Shown here in pieces: positions 10,601 through 19,379 of a DNA stretch of 64,000 nt. This stretch comes from Promethearchaeota archaeon (GTDB lineage Archaea > Asgardarchaeota > Lokiarchaeia > Sigyniarchaeales > SOKP01). The stretch covers positions 1 to 64,000 of the forward strand of contig JAEOTZ010000021.1 in the NCBI GenBank assembly GCA_016839585.1, written 5' to 3'. Position 1 is the stretch's first letter. Every line of letters begins with the position of its first letter. The position numbers and the translations under genes were made by a program. The notes under the pieces are model-generated. The model saw nothing but the letters and a program-made list of their open reading frames with translations, did not search any database and was not told the origin of the DNA.

Positions 10601-11503
10601 TTAGTAGAGACTAAAATAGTAATTAAAGAGAAATATAAATTAATTTATAAAGATTTATTAAAGGAGCAACCTGAAAAACAAATTGATAAATTTAGAGTGG
10701 GAATTGCTCAAATTGGTATTTCTAATACTGTAGATACATTAAATGAGTTTTATGATGAAAAATCTACAGGTCTATTAACTCTTAAAGAAGAGAAAGTTGA
10801 CGAGATTAAATTAATAATAAAGGAAATGATTGATAAGGCTCACAAAGCGAGTGTAGACATTTTACTTTTTCCAGAAATGACAGTAGATCTCAAATATAAG
10901 CAATTTCTTGAAGATCTCTTAAATCTTGCTAAAATATATGAAATGTATATTATCCCTGGCTCATATCACAACATTGATACAAAAAGCAATGTGAGTTCAG
11001 TTATTGGTCCAGAAGGGATTCTCTGGCACCAAGAAAAGCATATCCCTGCCATTATAAGTCTTCAGAAAGGCAAATTTAAGGAGGGAATAGAAACAAGTAA
11101 TCTTCCACGAAACACAATCATATGTAATACTAAATATGGAAGAATAGTAATTGCTATTTGTCGCGATTTTCTTGATATGGATTTAAGAGTAGAGTTAAAA
11201 AACTTCGAGCCTCCTGTTGATATTATATTAAATCCCGCTTTTACACCTGTTACAGCTGATTTCAAAGCTGTTCATTTTGATGCTCGTAGATCAATTTATG
11301 CTTACACTTTCTTTGCAAATGTTGCAGACTATGGGAATTCCCTCATATATACACCAGAAAAAGAACGTATTGAAAGAACAATATCACCTAAAGAAGAAGG
11401 ATTAATTTATAAAGATGTTGATCTCTTTAAACTGCGTTCAGAAAGGAAAAAATGGCAGAAAATAAAAGAGACTGAAAAACGTTTCATTCAGAGTACGAGA
11501 TAG
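7673..11503 (+). CDS. Large alpha-solenoid (TPR/SNAP-like) protein with C-terminal carbon-nitrogen hydrolase (nitrilase) domain
   Basis: About 950 aa of 'A...Y.KA...Y' helical repeats, then 'FRVGIAQI', 'DILLFPE', 'IIPGSY', 'QEKH.P', 'IAICRDF' and 'FFANVA..GNS'. The E-K-C triad is intact. Confidence 0.85.
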   Translation: MAEMKKDETLLEKAQLEENNYNWKEAAFLYESAVNYFLEKDMIDKVAFAYKKLGFTNVMVSETVDSAIDLRNNCKNAINAYDKAIKIYNQIGSNEEELECMGEKLYAQIFISKSIEEIKNSLKDAFNIFLEASKLYSQKGDNESKARTLSRALFCIGWLVNYLSEESEYDLFYENYLDLINKSLKIAIEVKNIRYISENINGIVLFYFFQIFFKNFKKDDNFKNLMINLMKNVSDILDLFRDFEDDRAFSMIYFTYGQIYCAYASHFIKKEIEQRDWSNKGINLLEKALDYARKANNKPLIIASIFYIDWWAFYFRRVNYVQKRIYSDVNEMLKLGKIFSEFFNHLGFYAYFFPVFYYGNMSQRSFFTIRQRKTYAKQGIKYAKEALRLIPDLPYSAWPYQMLTYCYSELTHLSSLKDEQKKYSDKMFSYAQKAVKIGEKFEGGLARAAGYSSMYRAYKTQADFAIDKENKISMLSSAAKVAKQYLEYTPESYTIELIGQIRLGLLLEEIGIISGNIEPLEQAKDIFFNLINESTASGQYSYTAATCEYIARIEDRLGNNKSSAELYNKAQDFYSKSLKNIKYKPLKERTKEKISYAEAWALIEIAKLYHKEENHINAKDSYEKACQILKSLPSYNFEASYYYAWIFIEEAESLSKQGKHSDAIEKYTASSKYFNDALNVLDNVTQKSKDKMEIERIKKLINVAKIRINYCNARADVENARILGKKGEHLVAGEKFSIAASQFKYICTKFEIERERRELEAIYYLCKAWENMELAENSEDFQKYSNASSLFDKASNLFSENKLKMLSLGNSAFCLALELGCKFDETTKTEVKAELYPRIKIMIRKAATSYRKGGFESGAEWALATSTYFDASWHLIKADQEVELEEKNKHLEVGSGFLKSAAELFAKAGYKNKEKELLEILDMVLKEKKIIVSALNTIIQPSITKSTVGIIAPACPVETSQSPKLSDVRSYTQEYDLVETKIVIKEKYKLIYKDLLKEQPEKQIDKFRVGIAQIGISNTVDTLNEFYDEKSTGLLTLKEEKVDEIKLIIKEMIDKAHKASVDILLFPEMTVDLKYKQFLEDLLNLAKIYEMYIIPGSYHNIDTKSNVSSVIGPEGILWHQEKHIPAIISLQKGKFKEGIETSNLPRNTIICNTKYGRIVIAICRDFLDMDLRVELKNFEPPVDIILNPAFTPVTADFKAVHFDARRSIYAYTFFANVADYGNSLIYTPEKERIERTISPKEEGLIYKDVDLFKLRSERKKWQKIKETEKRFIQSTR

Positions 11504-11534
11504 AATAAATCTATTTTGCTTATAATTTTAAAAA

Positions 11535-12836
11535 CTAATCGATTTTTGCACCACATATAGGACAATTTTTTGGATTATGAAGTTGGAGTGTTGCACCACA
11601 AATTTTACATAGTTTTACTGTTCCTCTTTTCTTTGGAGGATTTAACGTTGTAATGGAAATGTGTTCTTCAAATTCAACCGAAGGTGTTAATTTTTCATCT
11701 GAAATCTGAGTTACTGATTCTCTTATCTTATTATTGTTATTAACCTTTACTTCTATCTCCCTACCAAAAAACCCTCCTACTCGCACTTTTTTCGTCATGT
11801 CTTGTCGTGGAATAGAAGGAGGTTTTAAAGATTTTAACTCTATTTCCTCCACTTCTCCATATAGATCTTGCTCTATTTCTTCTTCTACAGCTTGCTCAAT
11901 TATAGGTATTTCTTTTAATTCCTCTTCCAATTCTTCCTCATAGACCATTTTGACAAATTCTTCATCAAGTTTTAGCAATGTATGGCATTGAGGGCAATTA
12001 AAAATATGCATAAAACCAATATTTTTAGCAAGTGAGTACTTTGCTGCACAACAACTATGAAATTTAGTATTACAGTTAAAACATTTATGTATCTCATCAG
12101 AATGGGCTTCACAAATTGGACAAACTTCTTGTTCACAGATTGTACAAATTTCTTCATCATCAGGAGAGAGGGTGATTAAATCTACTGCCAATTTTTCATA
12201 AAAAATCTGATCTTCTACTAATATTTGATCTTCTTCATCGGTGTGAATTATTTTAAATTCTTTTTTGCTTTGAACTAATGATCCAAGAATATTGTGGAAG
12301 AGTTTTTCATCAGTGCAATAAAAAGTCCCACCATGTGTTTCACTTGAAATCACTTTCAGTTTGACATCATCATTATAGAATTTCTTGTCTCCAACTCGAA
12401 TAATATCAATAAAAGCTGAAAATTTTTTTGCTTTAATCAACAAATCATAAAGAGCTAAATGATACTCCTCAGATAATTTACTAGGAGAATCTGAAATAAT
12501 TATAACACGATAGTCTTTTTTAGCTTTTTGACTTCTTCTAAAAATGTAAGCAAGAATTTCATATAAGCCATTTTCTAAATAGCTATGTTCGACTTCGCGA
12601 GTGCCCCACGCGTCATTTATGGTATTTAAAACTGTTTCTGTTTCCTTTAAATCGTAAGCAGTAATAGGATTATCATCTTTCTGAAAAAATACTATACCAT
12701 AAGAGCTTAAAGCGTTAAATTTATTCTTTTCTTTAATAAATGCTCCAATGGCTTTCAGTAGTGGCTTTTTCTTTAGAAAATTCGTCGTTAAATCTATGTA
12801 AAATATGAATTCCTCAGAATTTATGGTCGTTAACAT
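11535..12836 (-). CDS. vWA domain + C4HC3 (PHD/RING-variant-like) zinc finger + C-terminal zinc-ribbon protein, paralog A
   Basis: vWA strands 'FIFYIDLT', 'RVIIISDSP', 'FIDIIRVG', 'SSETHGGTFY'; finger C-x2-C-x9-C-x2-C-x4-H-x2-C-x17-C-x2-C preceded by an extra CxxC; terminal CKIC...CPIC. Confidence 0.75.
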   Translation of the reverse strand: MLTTINSEEFIFYIDLTTNFLKKKPLLKAIGAFIKEKNKFNALSSYGIVFFQKDDNPITAYDLKETETVLNTINDAWGTREVEHSYLENGLYEILAYIFRRSQKAKKDYRVIIISDSPSKLSEEYHLALYDLLIKAKKFSAFIDIIRVGDKKFYNDDVKLKVISSETHGGTFYCTDEKLFHNILGSLVQSKKEFKIIHTDEEDQILVEDQIFYEKLAVDLITLSPDDEEICTICEQEVCPICEAHSDEIHKCFNCNTKFHSCCAAKYSLAKNIGFMHIFNCPQCHTLLKLDEEFVKMVYEEELEEELKEIPIIEQAVEEEIEQDLYGEVEEIELKSLKPPSIPRQDMTKKVRVGGFFGREIEVKVNNNNKIRESVTQISDEKLTPSVEFEEHISITTLNPPKKRGTVKLCKICGATLQLHNPKNCPICGAKID

Positions 12837-12987
12837 TTTATCATCAAAATCAATTCTAATTTAAACGCATATTAAAAAGTTATACAAGAATAATAATTGA
12901 AATTGTATTTATTTTTATTTATATTATTAAAATCTGTATTTTTATATTAAACAAAAGTATTATTAATAAGAATTTAATAATTTCAAG

Positions 12988-14325
12988 TTATAATTTAGTT
13001 CCACAATTCGGACATTTGAATTGTTCATTCGATGTTATCTGTGTTCCACATTCCGGACAAATCCTAAAACGGGGTTCCTTTTTCTTATCATTTAATTGGT
13101 GATTTATTGGTTCTTTAGATTCACTGATTTCTGTTTTTAAAGCAGGTTCTAAAGAAGTTTTAATAGTTTTTTCATATACTATTTTATCTCCTACTTTCTT
13201 CACTGTATAAACCTTTCCAAAGAATCCACCGATCCGAACTTTTCTAGGTTTTTCATCAGATAGTTGGTCTTTTAACGGATACATTTTTTCCTCTTCTGCT
13301 TTTTCTAATTCAAATGAAGGTTCTTTCATCTCTTCGATCTCAAATATTTTCTCTGATTCGCCTATTTCTAGAAAATTTTTTACAGATTTTATTTTAGGGT
13401 CAGATGTAGAAGCTTCAACAATTAAATTTTGATCAATTTGAAGTAGAACATCACAATCTGGATTTGGACATCTAAATATATGGGGTATACCAACATTGTT
13501 ATGAATTGTATAATTAGTAACACAACACTGATGAAAGCTAATGTTGCATGAATCACATAATAAAGGAATATCACTAAGTTCTCCACAGATTGGACAAATT
13601 TCTTCACGACAGAAATGACATTTTAAACCTGTTGCATTAACAGATTCTTTTAGTTTCCGAGCTAATTTATCATAAAAAGCAAAATCTTCTTTACTAATTT
13701 TTATATGATCTGGGCGATCTGCAAAAGTGCTTACTAGTTGTTTAGTTTTTACTAACTTTTTTATAACATCAGAAAACTCTTTTCTATCTTGTACATAAAA
13801 GATTCCTCCCTTAGTATCACTTGCCAATACATTTAATTTTACATCGTCACTAAAAAACCTAGTTCCCTTCTCAGAGATTCTTATTATGTCTATAAAAGTG
13901 GGAAAATATTTTATTTTTGATACTAAATTAAATAGTGCTTCTTGATATTCACTACCAAGATCACTAGGAGTATCTGTAATAATAATTACTCGGTTATATT
14001 TTGATTTTTTCCTTACGGTTTCAGCTATATAAGAGAAAATATAAAATAAACCATTTTCAAAAAAACTTGTCTTTTTGGGTCTAAACTTCCAATTTTCTTC
14101 AATAGCATTAGTAATTATACTAGCTTCTTTTTTATCAGTTATGAAAATAGGATTTCCTCTTTCTTGAAAAATAAGAAGAGAATAATGACCCTTTATATTA
14201 GCTTTATTCTTTTCCTCAATATAATATTTAATAGCTTTTATAAGTTCTTTCTTTCTCAACATCTCCTTAGTTAAATCTAAGTAAAAATAAATATCTTCAG
14301 TCATTATTCTCACATCACAATCCAA
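12988..14325 (-). CDS. vWA domain + C4HC3 zinc finger + C-terminal zinc-ribbon protein, paralog B (start probably the ATG at 14304)
   Basis: Colinear with paralog A: 'IYFYLDLTKEM', 'RVIIITDTP', 'FIDIIRIS', 'ASDTKGGIFY', 'CPIC..CDSC...FHQCC...CPNPDC', terminal CPEC...CPNC. Confidence 0.75.
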   Translation of the reverse strand: MDCDVRIMTEDIYFYLDLTKEMLRKKELIKAIKYYIEEKNKANIKGHYSLLIFQERGNPIFITDKKEASIITNAIEENWKFRPKKTSFFENGLFYIFSYIAETVRKKSKYNRVIIITDTPSDLGSEYQEALFNLVSKIKYFPTFIDIIRISEKGTRFFSDDVKLNVLASDTKGGIFYVQDRKEFSDVIKKLVKTKQLVSTFADRPDHIKISKEDFAFYDKLARKLKESVNATGLKCHFCREEICPICGELSDIPLLCDSCNISFHQCCVTNYTIHNNVGIPHIFRCPNPDCDVLLQIDQNLIVEASTSDPKIKSVKNFLEIGESEKIFEIEEMKEPSFELEKAEEEKMYPLKDQLSDEKPRKVRIGGFFGKVYTVKKVGDKIVYEKTIKTSLEPALKTEISESKEPINHQLNDKKKEPRFRICPECGTQITSNEQFKCPNCGTKL

Positions 14326-14486
14326 ACTTCAGTTAAACTTCACTTAATAATTAATAATCATAAAAATAAAACTTCTTTAAAAACTTTTTATAAAAGATAA
14401 ATAATTAAAAAAATAGTTATTAATAAAAAATCATATGGTTTATAAATTTATTAGTAGATCCCAAAAAAAATGTGTGATATTTCAAT

Positions 14487-16487
14487 ATGGATGAATTTTT
14501 AAAACAAATAGGGCTTTCAGATAATGCTATAGAAATATATATTAAATCATTAGGAAGAACCTCTCTTACGTATTATGAACTCTACTCAATAGTTCCAAAA
14601 ATATCTGAAGAGGAATTTAAAAATTGTATTAATGAGCTTATAGATTCCGACTTAATAATTCAATTGATCCCTCAAAAACCGGAAATCCTTTTAAAATATT
14701 TAACTATTCCTCCTTTTGGACCAATAATTACTTATTACGAAAACATTGATGCGAATTTAACAAACATTAAAAATTCAATTCAGGAATTAATAGCTAATTC
14801 GTTAAAACAAATTTTTAAGAGTAATAGAATAGTTGATATGGATTCGGTTTTCACCGTTTTTCAAGAAATTAAAAAGGATATTGAAGAAGATACTATTATT
14901 CAAAAAAGAGAAATTGAAGATATTTTTGAGGGTATGGAGGATCTGAATAAGCTTAAAAAGGAACTTTCTGAAATTCATCAACAGATTAAAAGTATAACAC
15001 AAACTCAATTTTCAGATCTATTAAAATTAATTTCAAATCTTAAAGATGATTTAACTAAAAAAATTAATTCATTAGAGTTTAAAAAATATAAGAAAGAAAT
15101 TATAGAGATAATTGAAGAATTATTTAAAGCAAGATTAGATGAGATGTTAGGAAATTTTATTAATAAATTACATAATCAAATAGAAGATGAGTTTAGTAAT
15201 ACAAATAAATCTACTGATAATATTATGGAATCTGTTTTTCAATATCGTGAAGATTTTAAAATACTACTCTTAAACATGTTAAATAATTTTGAAACAAAAA
15301 TGAATACTATTTTCGGAATGATTAAAGATAATAAAGAAAATCTTGTAAATGAAATTCAAGCCCTTGAAAGCAAAATCACAGAGAATTTAAATGCTATAGT
15401 TAGAAATTCCATAAATGAAGTCTCAAAATTAAACAAACCTATTGAAAGTGTGATGAAAAATAGTTTTGAGATGTTGATTTCTTCTGATAAGGCATTGATT
15501 AATGATATTTGGATGATAAGGAGTATAACTAATGTTAATGAAGAGATTCAAAAGTTAATAAATAACACAAATAAAACTCTAGTTATTATTATTCCTAATC
15601 TTGAAAATCACCTAGCAATTGAACATTTTGGAAAACAATTTGGAAATTTAAAAATAAAGATCGCCTCTTCAGAAGCACACACTAATAGTCTTGTTAAGAA
15701 ATTAAAAAACATAAAAAATTTAGAGTATAAAACTCTGCAAAATGAAAATATAATTGCTTTGAAAGGGGATGATAATCATATCGTTATAGGTTTAATCCAA
15801 GATAATCAAAAAGAACCTCTAGAAGATTTTATTGGATTTGGGAGTAATTTTAAACCTTTAATAAAAATATTCGAGCCTATTATAGATACTACATGGGCAG
15901 CAGCCTATTCAGATACTTATTATGCGACTCAACAAACAAAAATTCAAACAACAGCCCCAAAGAAAGTTACTGCAATAAAGCCAGCAGTAATTAAGGAAGT
16001 AAAACCTATAACTCCTACAAAAACGAAGCCCATTAAAACTAATGTAGTATCCACTAAAAAAAAACTAGAAAAAGAAATTCCGAAACAGGTTAAAGAACCT
16101 ATTAAAATTCAAGAGAAAACTACTCCAAAACCTCTAGAAGTCACTACTGAAAACTCAACACCTAAGGAGAAAATTACAGATTTAACTCAAAAACTAAAGA
16201 AAAATTTAACTATACTCCCGAAAGCTGGTGATGAAGCAGGTATGTTTATCAATGATGCTTTTAATAGTCTTATTTTGCAATTGAATAATTTAAAGGGAGA
16301 AGACTTTAGTATAGAATTGCAAAAAATAGCGGACTTAATTCTAGAGAAAAAGGGTTTCTCAGTTATTTTACACCAATTAAGAAGTACAATAAATGAATAT
16401 AAAACACATTATAAATTGTTAAATAAAAATGAAAAAAATCAAATAGTCGAATTTATTAATAATTGGAAGCAGAAATTATTTCAATAA
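14487..16487 (+). CDS. TrmB-like N-terminal wHTH + long coiled coil + TrmB/PLD-like alpha/beta domain + Lys/Thr/Pro-rich linker + C-terminal helical domain
   Basis: 'LKQIGLSDNAIEIYIKSL...LTYYEL...ELIDSDLI' fits a TrmB HTH; 'IWMIRSITNVNEEIQKLINNTNKTLVIIIP' fits the start of a TrmB effector-like domain. Confidence 0.6.
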   Translation: MDEFLKQIGLSDNAIEIYIKSLGRTSLTYYELYSIVPKISEEEFKNCINELIDSDLIIQLIPQKPEILLKYLTIPPFGPIITYYENIDANLTNIKNSIQELIANSLKQIFKSNRIVDMDSVFTVFQEIKKDIEEDTIIQKREIEDIFEGMEDLNKLKKELSEIHQQIKSITQTQFSDLLKLISNLKDDLTKKINSLEFKKYKKEIIEIIEELFKARLDEMLGNFINKLHNQIEDEFSNTNKSTDNIMESVFQYREDFKILLLNMLNNFETKMNTIFGMIKDNKENLVNEIQALESKITENLNAIVRNSINEVSKLNKPIESVMKNSFEMLISSDKALINDIWMIRSITNVNEEIQKLINNTNKTLVIIIPNLENHLAIEHFGKQFGNLKIKIASSEAHTNSLVKKLKNIKNLEYKTLQNENIIALKGDDNHIVIGLIQDNQKEPLEDFIGFGSNFKPLIKIFEPIIDTTWAAAYSDTYYATQQTKIQTTAPKKVTAIKPAVIKEVKPITPTKTKPIKTNVVSTKKKLEKEIPKQVKEPIKIQEKTTPKPLEVTTENSTPKEKITDLTQKLKKNLTILPKAGDEAGMFINDAFNSLILQLNNLKGEDFSIELQKIADLILEKKGFSVILHQLRSTINEYKTHYKLLNKNEKNQIVEFINNWKQKLFQ

Positions 16488-16492
16488 TTTTA

Positions 16493-17275
16493 TTATTGGG
16501 AAGTTTTTTCCTTATTTCTAATCGTTATCATATAAATAAGAAATCCTCTGATAAAAAAGATTAATATATATAGAAAACAACCAAGAAAAAATATTGAAAC
16601 AATAAGTGAAATTAATTTCTCTGGATTCAGAATTCCAATAATCCCGAAAATTGGACAAAGGGGGGCAACAATCAAGAAGGTTATATAGACACTCTTATCT
16701 TTTTCAGCAAACCTTATATAAGTAGTTATATTAAACCATCCGATTAATATCATGAAAAAAGGAATCAAATAAGAAGAAAGTGGAAGAAATGGATAATCTA
16801 TGCCTCCCATTGCAAATGCATAAAAGTAATTTGCATAAAAAAAAGTAATTAATGATAAAGCACTTAACGGAGTAGGCACCCCGGTATAACCTGGAATTTT
16901 GGAGATATTAAATCTTGCTAACCTGAGTATTGCTCCTAATGCGAAACAAATAGAACCAATTACTATGAAAATGTCTATATATCCACCTGTTTTAAAAGCT
17001 TGATAAGTTAAAACTGCGGGAGTTATCCCAAAAGTTAAAGAATCGCTTAAAGAATCCAATTCCTTACCCATTTCGTTTATTGTACCCGTTTTACGCGCAA
17101 TATAACCATCAATTAGATCTGTCCCAAGTGTTATGGATATAAGAAAAAATCCTAAAGATAGAAATGGATGAGTTCCTATACATGCACATACTAATGCTAT
17201 AAATCCAAGCGTAGTACCCATAAGCGTTATAAAATCTTTGAATTTCAATAGATTAGGGATACTTGGGGTTGACAT
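16493..17275 (-). CDS. pssA: CDP-alcohol phosphatidyltransferase, PssA / archaetidylserine synthase-like
   Basis: 'DLIDGYIARKTG...MGKELDSLSD' signature plus 'LRLARFN' and 'YTGVPTP', typical of the PssA subfamily. Confidence 0.8.
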   Translation of the reverse strand: MSTPSIPNLLKFKDFITLMGTTLGFIALVCACIGTHPFLSLGFFLISITLGTDLIDGYIARKTGTINEMGKELDSLSDSLTFGITPAVLTYQAFKTGGYIDIFIVIGSICFALGAILRLARFNISKIPGYTGVPTPLSALSLITFFYANYFYAFAMGGIDYPFLPLSSYLIPFFMILIGWFNITTYIRFAEKDKSVYITFLIVAPLCPIFGIIGILNPEKLISLIVSIFFLGCFLYILIFFIRGFLIYMITIRNKEKTSQ

Positions 17276-17419
17276 TCTATTTTCCTAATTAATTTATTAT
17301 GTATTAATTAAGCCTTATTGAATAAAAAGATTTTCTTAAGAAAAATCTAAGTCTCCTTCATTTCCTTAACTTTATAAAAGAGAGTTACCATTTTTAGCAT
17401 AATAATTTATAAAAAAAAT

Positions 17420-18124
17420 ATGATACCAATGTATTGTAATATATGTGGAGTGGAAATAAAAGACCCTGATCAAAAATTTTGTGAAAGTTGTGGAAATAAG
17501 CTTCCACCTAAAGCTATTTCTGAACAAGGATCGGCACAAACAACGGTAACTCCGACTACAACGCCCCAACATCGCCCCAGTGGACTGTTTGACATTAACC
17601 GGAATTATTACATCCTTAAAGAAAAGTATTGGGACTGGGGAAGCGGTGAAATCTTAGATGAGAATAATCAAATAATCGGTAGAATGAAAAGAGTTATCTT
17701 AAGCATAAGACGTAGAGTTGAACTTCAAGAAGTTGATGGTACAATTTCAGCTACAATTCATGCTAAACTTGTATCTGCTCGTGGAGCTCAGGATTTGAAA
17801 ACACCTGATGGACAATTGATAGCAAGAATTAAGAAGAAGATTTTATCGTTATTTCGACCAGTCTTTTATTTGGAGGCCCCTGATGGTACTCAATGGTATA
17901 GAGCACAAGGTAAATTGATGGGATGGTCCTATAAAGTATATGATGTCTCAACAGGAAAAACAATCGCTGAAATCGAGAAAGCTGATAAATGGAGAGACAT
18001 CTTTCTTGGTGGAATGTTAGATTTTAAGGACACTTATGCTTTAAAAATACTAGATAATGAAACTGATCGAAGGATTTTACTTGGCTTTGTCTTATCAATA
18101 GATAATATATTACACGATTATTAA
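17420..18124 (+). CDS. N-terminal zinc ribbon + LURP-one/scramblase (tubby C-terminal-like) domain protein
   Basis: 'YCNICG....DQKFCESCG', then repeated beta motifs 'ILDENNQIIGR', 'PDGQLIARIKKKILS', 'GKTIAEIEK' and the C-terminal helix 'DTYAL.I....DRRILLGFVLSID'. Confidence 0.8.
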   Translation: MIPMYCNICGVEIKDPDQKFCESCGNKLPPKAISEQGSAQTTVTPTTTPQHRPSGLFDINRNYYILKEKYWDWGSGEILDENNQIIGRMKRVILSIRRRVELQEVDGTISATIHAKLVSARGAQDLKTPDGQLIARIKKKILSLFRPVFYLEAPDGTQWYRAQGKLMGWSYKVYDVSTGKTIAEIEKADKWRDIFLGGMLDFKDTYALKILDNETDRRILLGFVLSIDNILHDY

Positions 18125-18284
18125 TTCCTAATAATTTCATTAATTTTTTTTATTCTTTTTTCTAAAACAAGTTTATAATTAAAAAAATTTTTATTAATGT
18201 ATTTCAATATTTTCTTTAAAAGAACTTTATTCCATAGACATAGATTTTTAATTTTTGTAGAATTTCTATAGATGAGAAATCAAT

Positions 18285-19241
18285 ATGACTATAACTTATG
18301 AAGAATTTCTAGTTTTTGATTTAGAGAATGATGGAGAAAAAACGAAGTTAGATATAAAACAAGAAGATCTCCAGAACTATTTGAATCCTGAGCAGGTCTT
18401 AGTTATCATCCGAGAAGATTTAAGAAGAATTTATATTTGGAAGGGAGCGAAATCCGCAGTAAGAAAGAGATTTATTAGTTCAAGAGTTGCACATGATTTA
18501 CAAAAAGAATTGTTAGATGATCCTCGATATCATCGCTGTAAAATAGTATCTATAGATCAAGGTGATGAAATTCAAGAATTTTTAAACGCTTTTCAACTAG
18601 AATCAATGGAAGTTACTGAAAGATTACCTGATATGCGATACATACGAAATATCGAACGAGAAAGTATGAAAGAAGCAGAACAAATTGCTAAAGGAAAAAC
18701 TGAAGTCGATTACTATTCACCAGCGCTTCAAGATATAAGTAGCGATGTTGTTATGTCCTCTATCGTTCAAAAACCAAAATTGACTATTGGATTATCTGAA
18801 GAAGAGCAACATCAGATTAAGAAAAAAATACTTAAAACTGAAGTTCCCCTTGATTATAAGAGACAAAATCTAATTCTTGGCCATACATTATTTGCTGCTG
18901 TAACCAAGATTTCAAAAGTTTTCGATGAAGATATAGAGGAAATTGTATGGGAGCCAGTCATGAAAGTTCCAAAAGAAATAATGAATTTAGATAATCATAA
19001 ATTAAGAGTATATTTAAATAAAAATAAGGGTATTGTTGAGGCTGTAGAAGTATTAAAAAAAGAAGAAAAGCCAAATCAAAACGCTATACCTAAAAAGATA
19101 ACTTCGAAACCATCACCCACTAAGAGTTCTCCTCCTAAGAAGAAGACTTCATTGACACCAATGCCACCAAAACCTGCATCGATGAAAGAAAATTCAAAAG
19201 AAACTGAAACTCAAGAAAAGCAAAACAAACAGGAACCATAA
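18285..19241 (+). CDS. Gelsolin-domain protein (single gelsolin-like domain + unknown domain + Pro/Lys-rich tail)
   Basis: 'LNPEQVLVI....RRIYIWKGAKS....RF.....A..L.......KIVSIDQGDE.QEFLNAF' matches the gelsolin repeat consensus. Confidence 0.85.
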   Translation: MTITYEEFLVFDLENDGEKTKLDIKQEDLQNYLNPEQVLVIIREDLRRIYIWKGAKSAVRKRFISSRVAHDLQKELLDDPRYHRCKIVSIDQGDEIQEFLNAFQLESMEVTERLPDMRYIRNIERESMKEAEQIAKGKTEVDYYSPALQDISSDVVMSSIVQKPKLTIGLSEEEQHQIKKKILKTEVPLDYKRQNLILGHTLFAAVTKISKVFDEDIEEIVWEPVMKVPKEIMNLDNHKLRVYLNKNKGIVEAVEVLKKEEKPNQNAIPKKITSKPSPTKSSPPKKKTSLTPMPPKPASMKENSKETETQEKQNKQEP

Positions 19242-19379
19242 TTTGGGTCATTAGCAAGTTGAAAATTACTAAAAATCCCTGCTAATAAGGAATAAGTAAA
19301 AATTAAAAATTCTCCATTAAATATAAATTTCAAATAAATACAAATTGGAAATCCTTACTCTCATTATATCATTAGATTC

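Noticed and set aside
11535-19241. vWA + Zn finger + nearby gelsolin as a split Sec23/Sec24
   Set aside because: Domain order is wrong (the Sec23/24 Zn finger precedes the vWA trunk), the finger is C4HC3, and no beta-sandwich or helical domain is evident.
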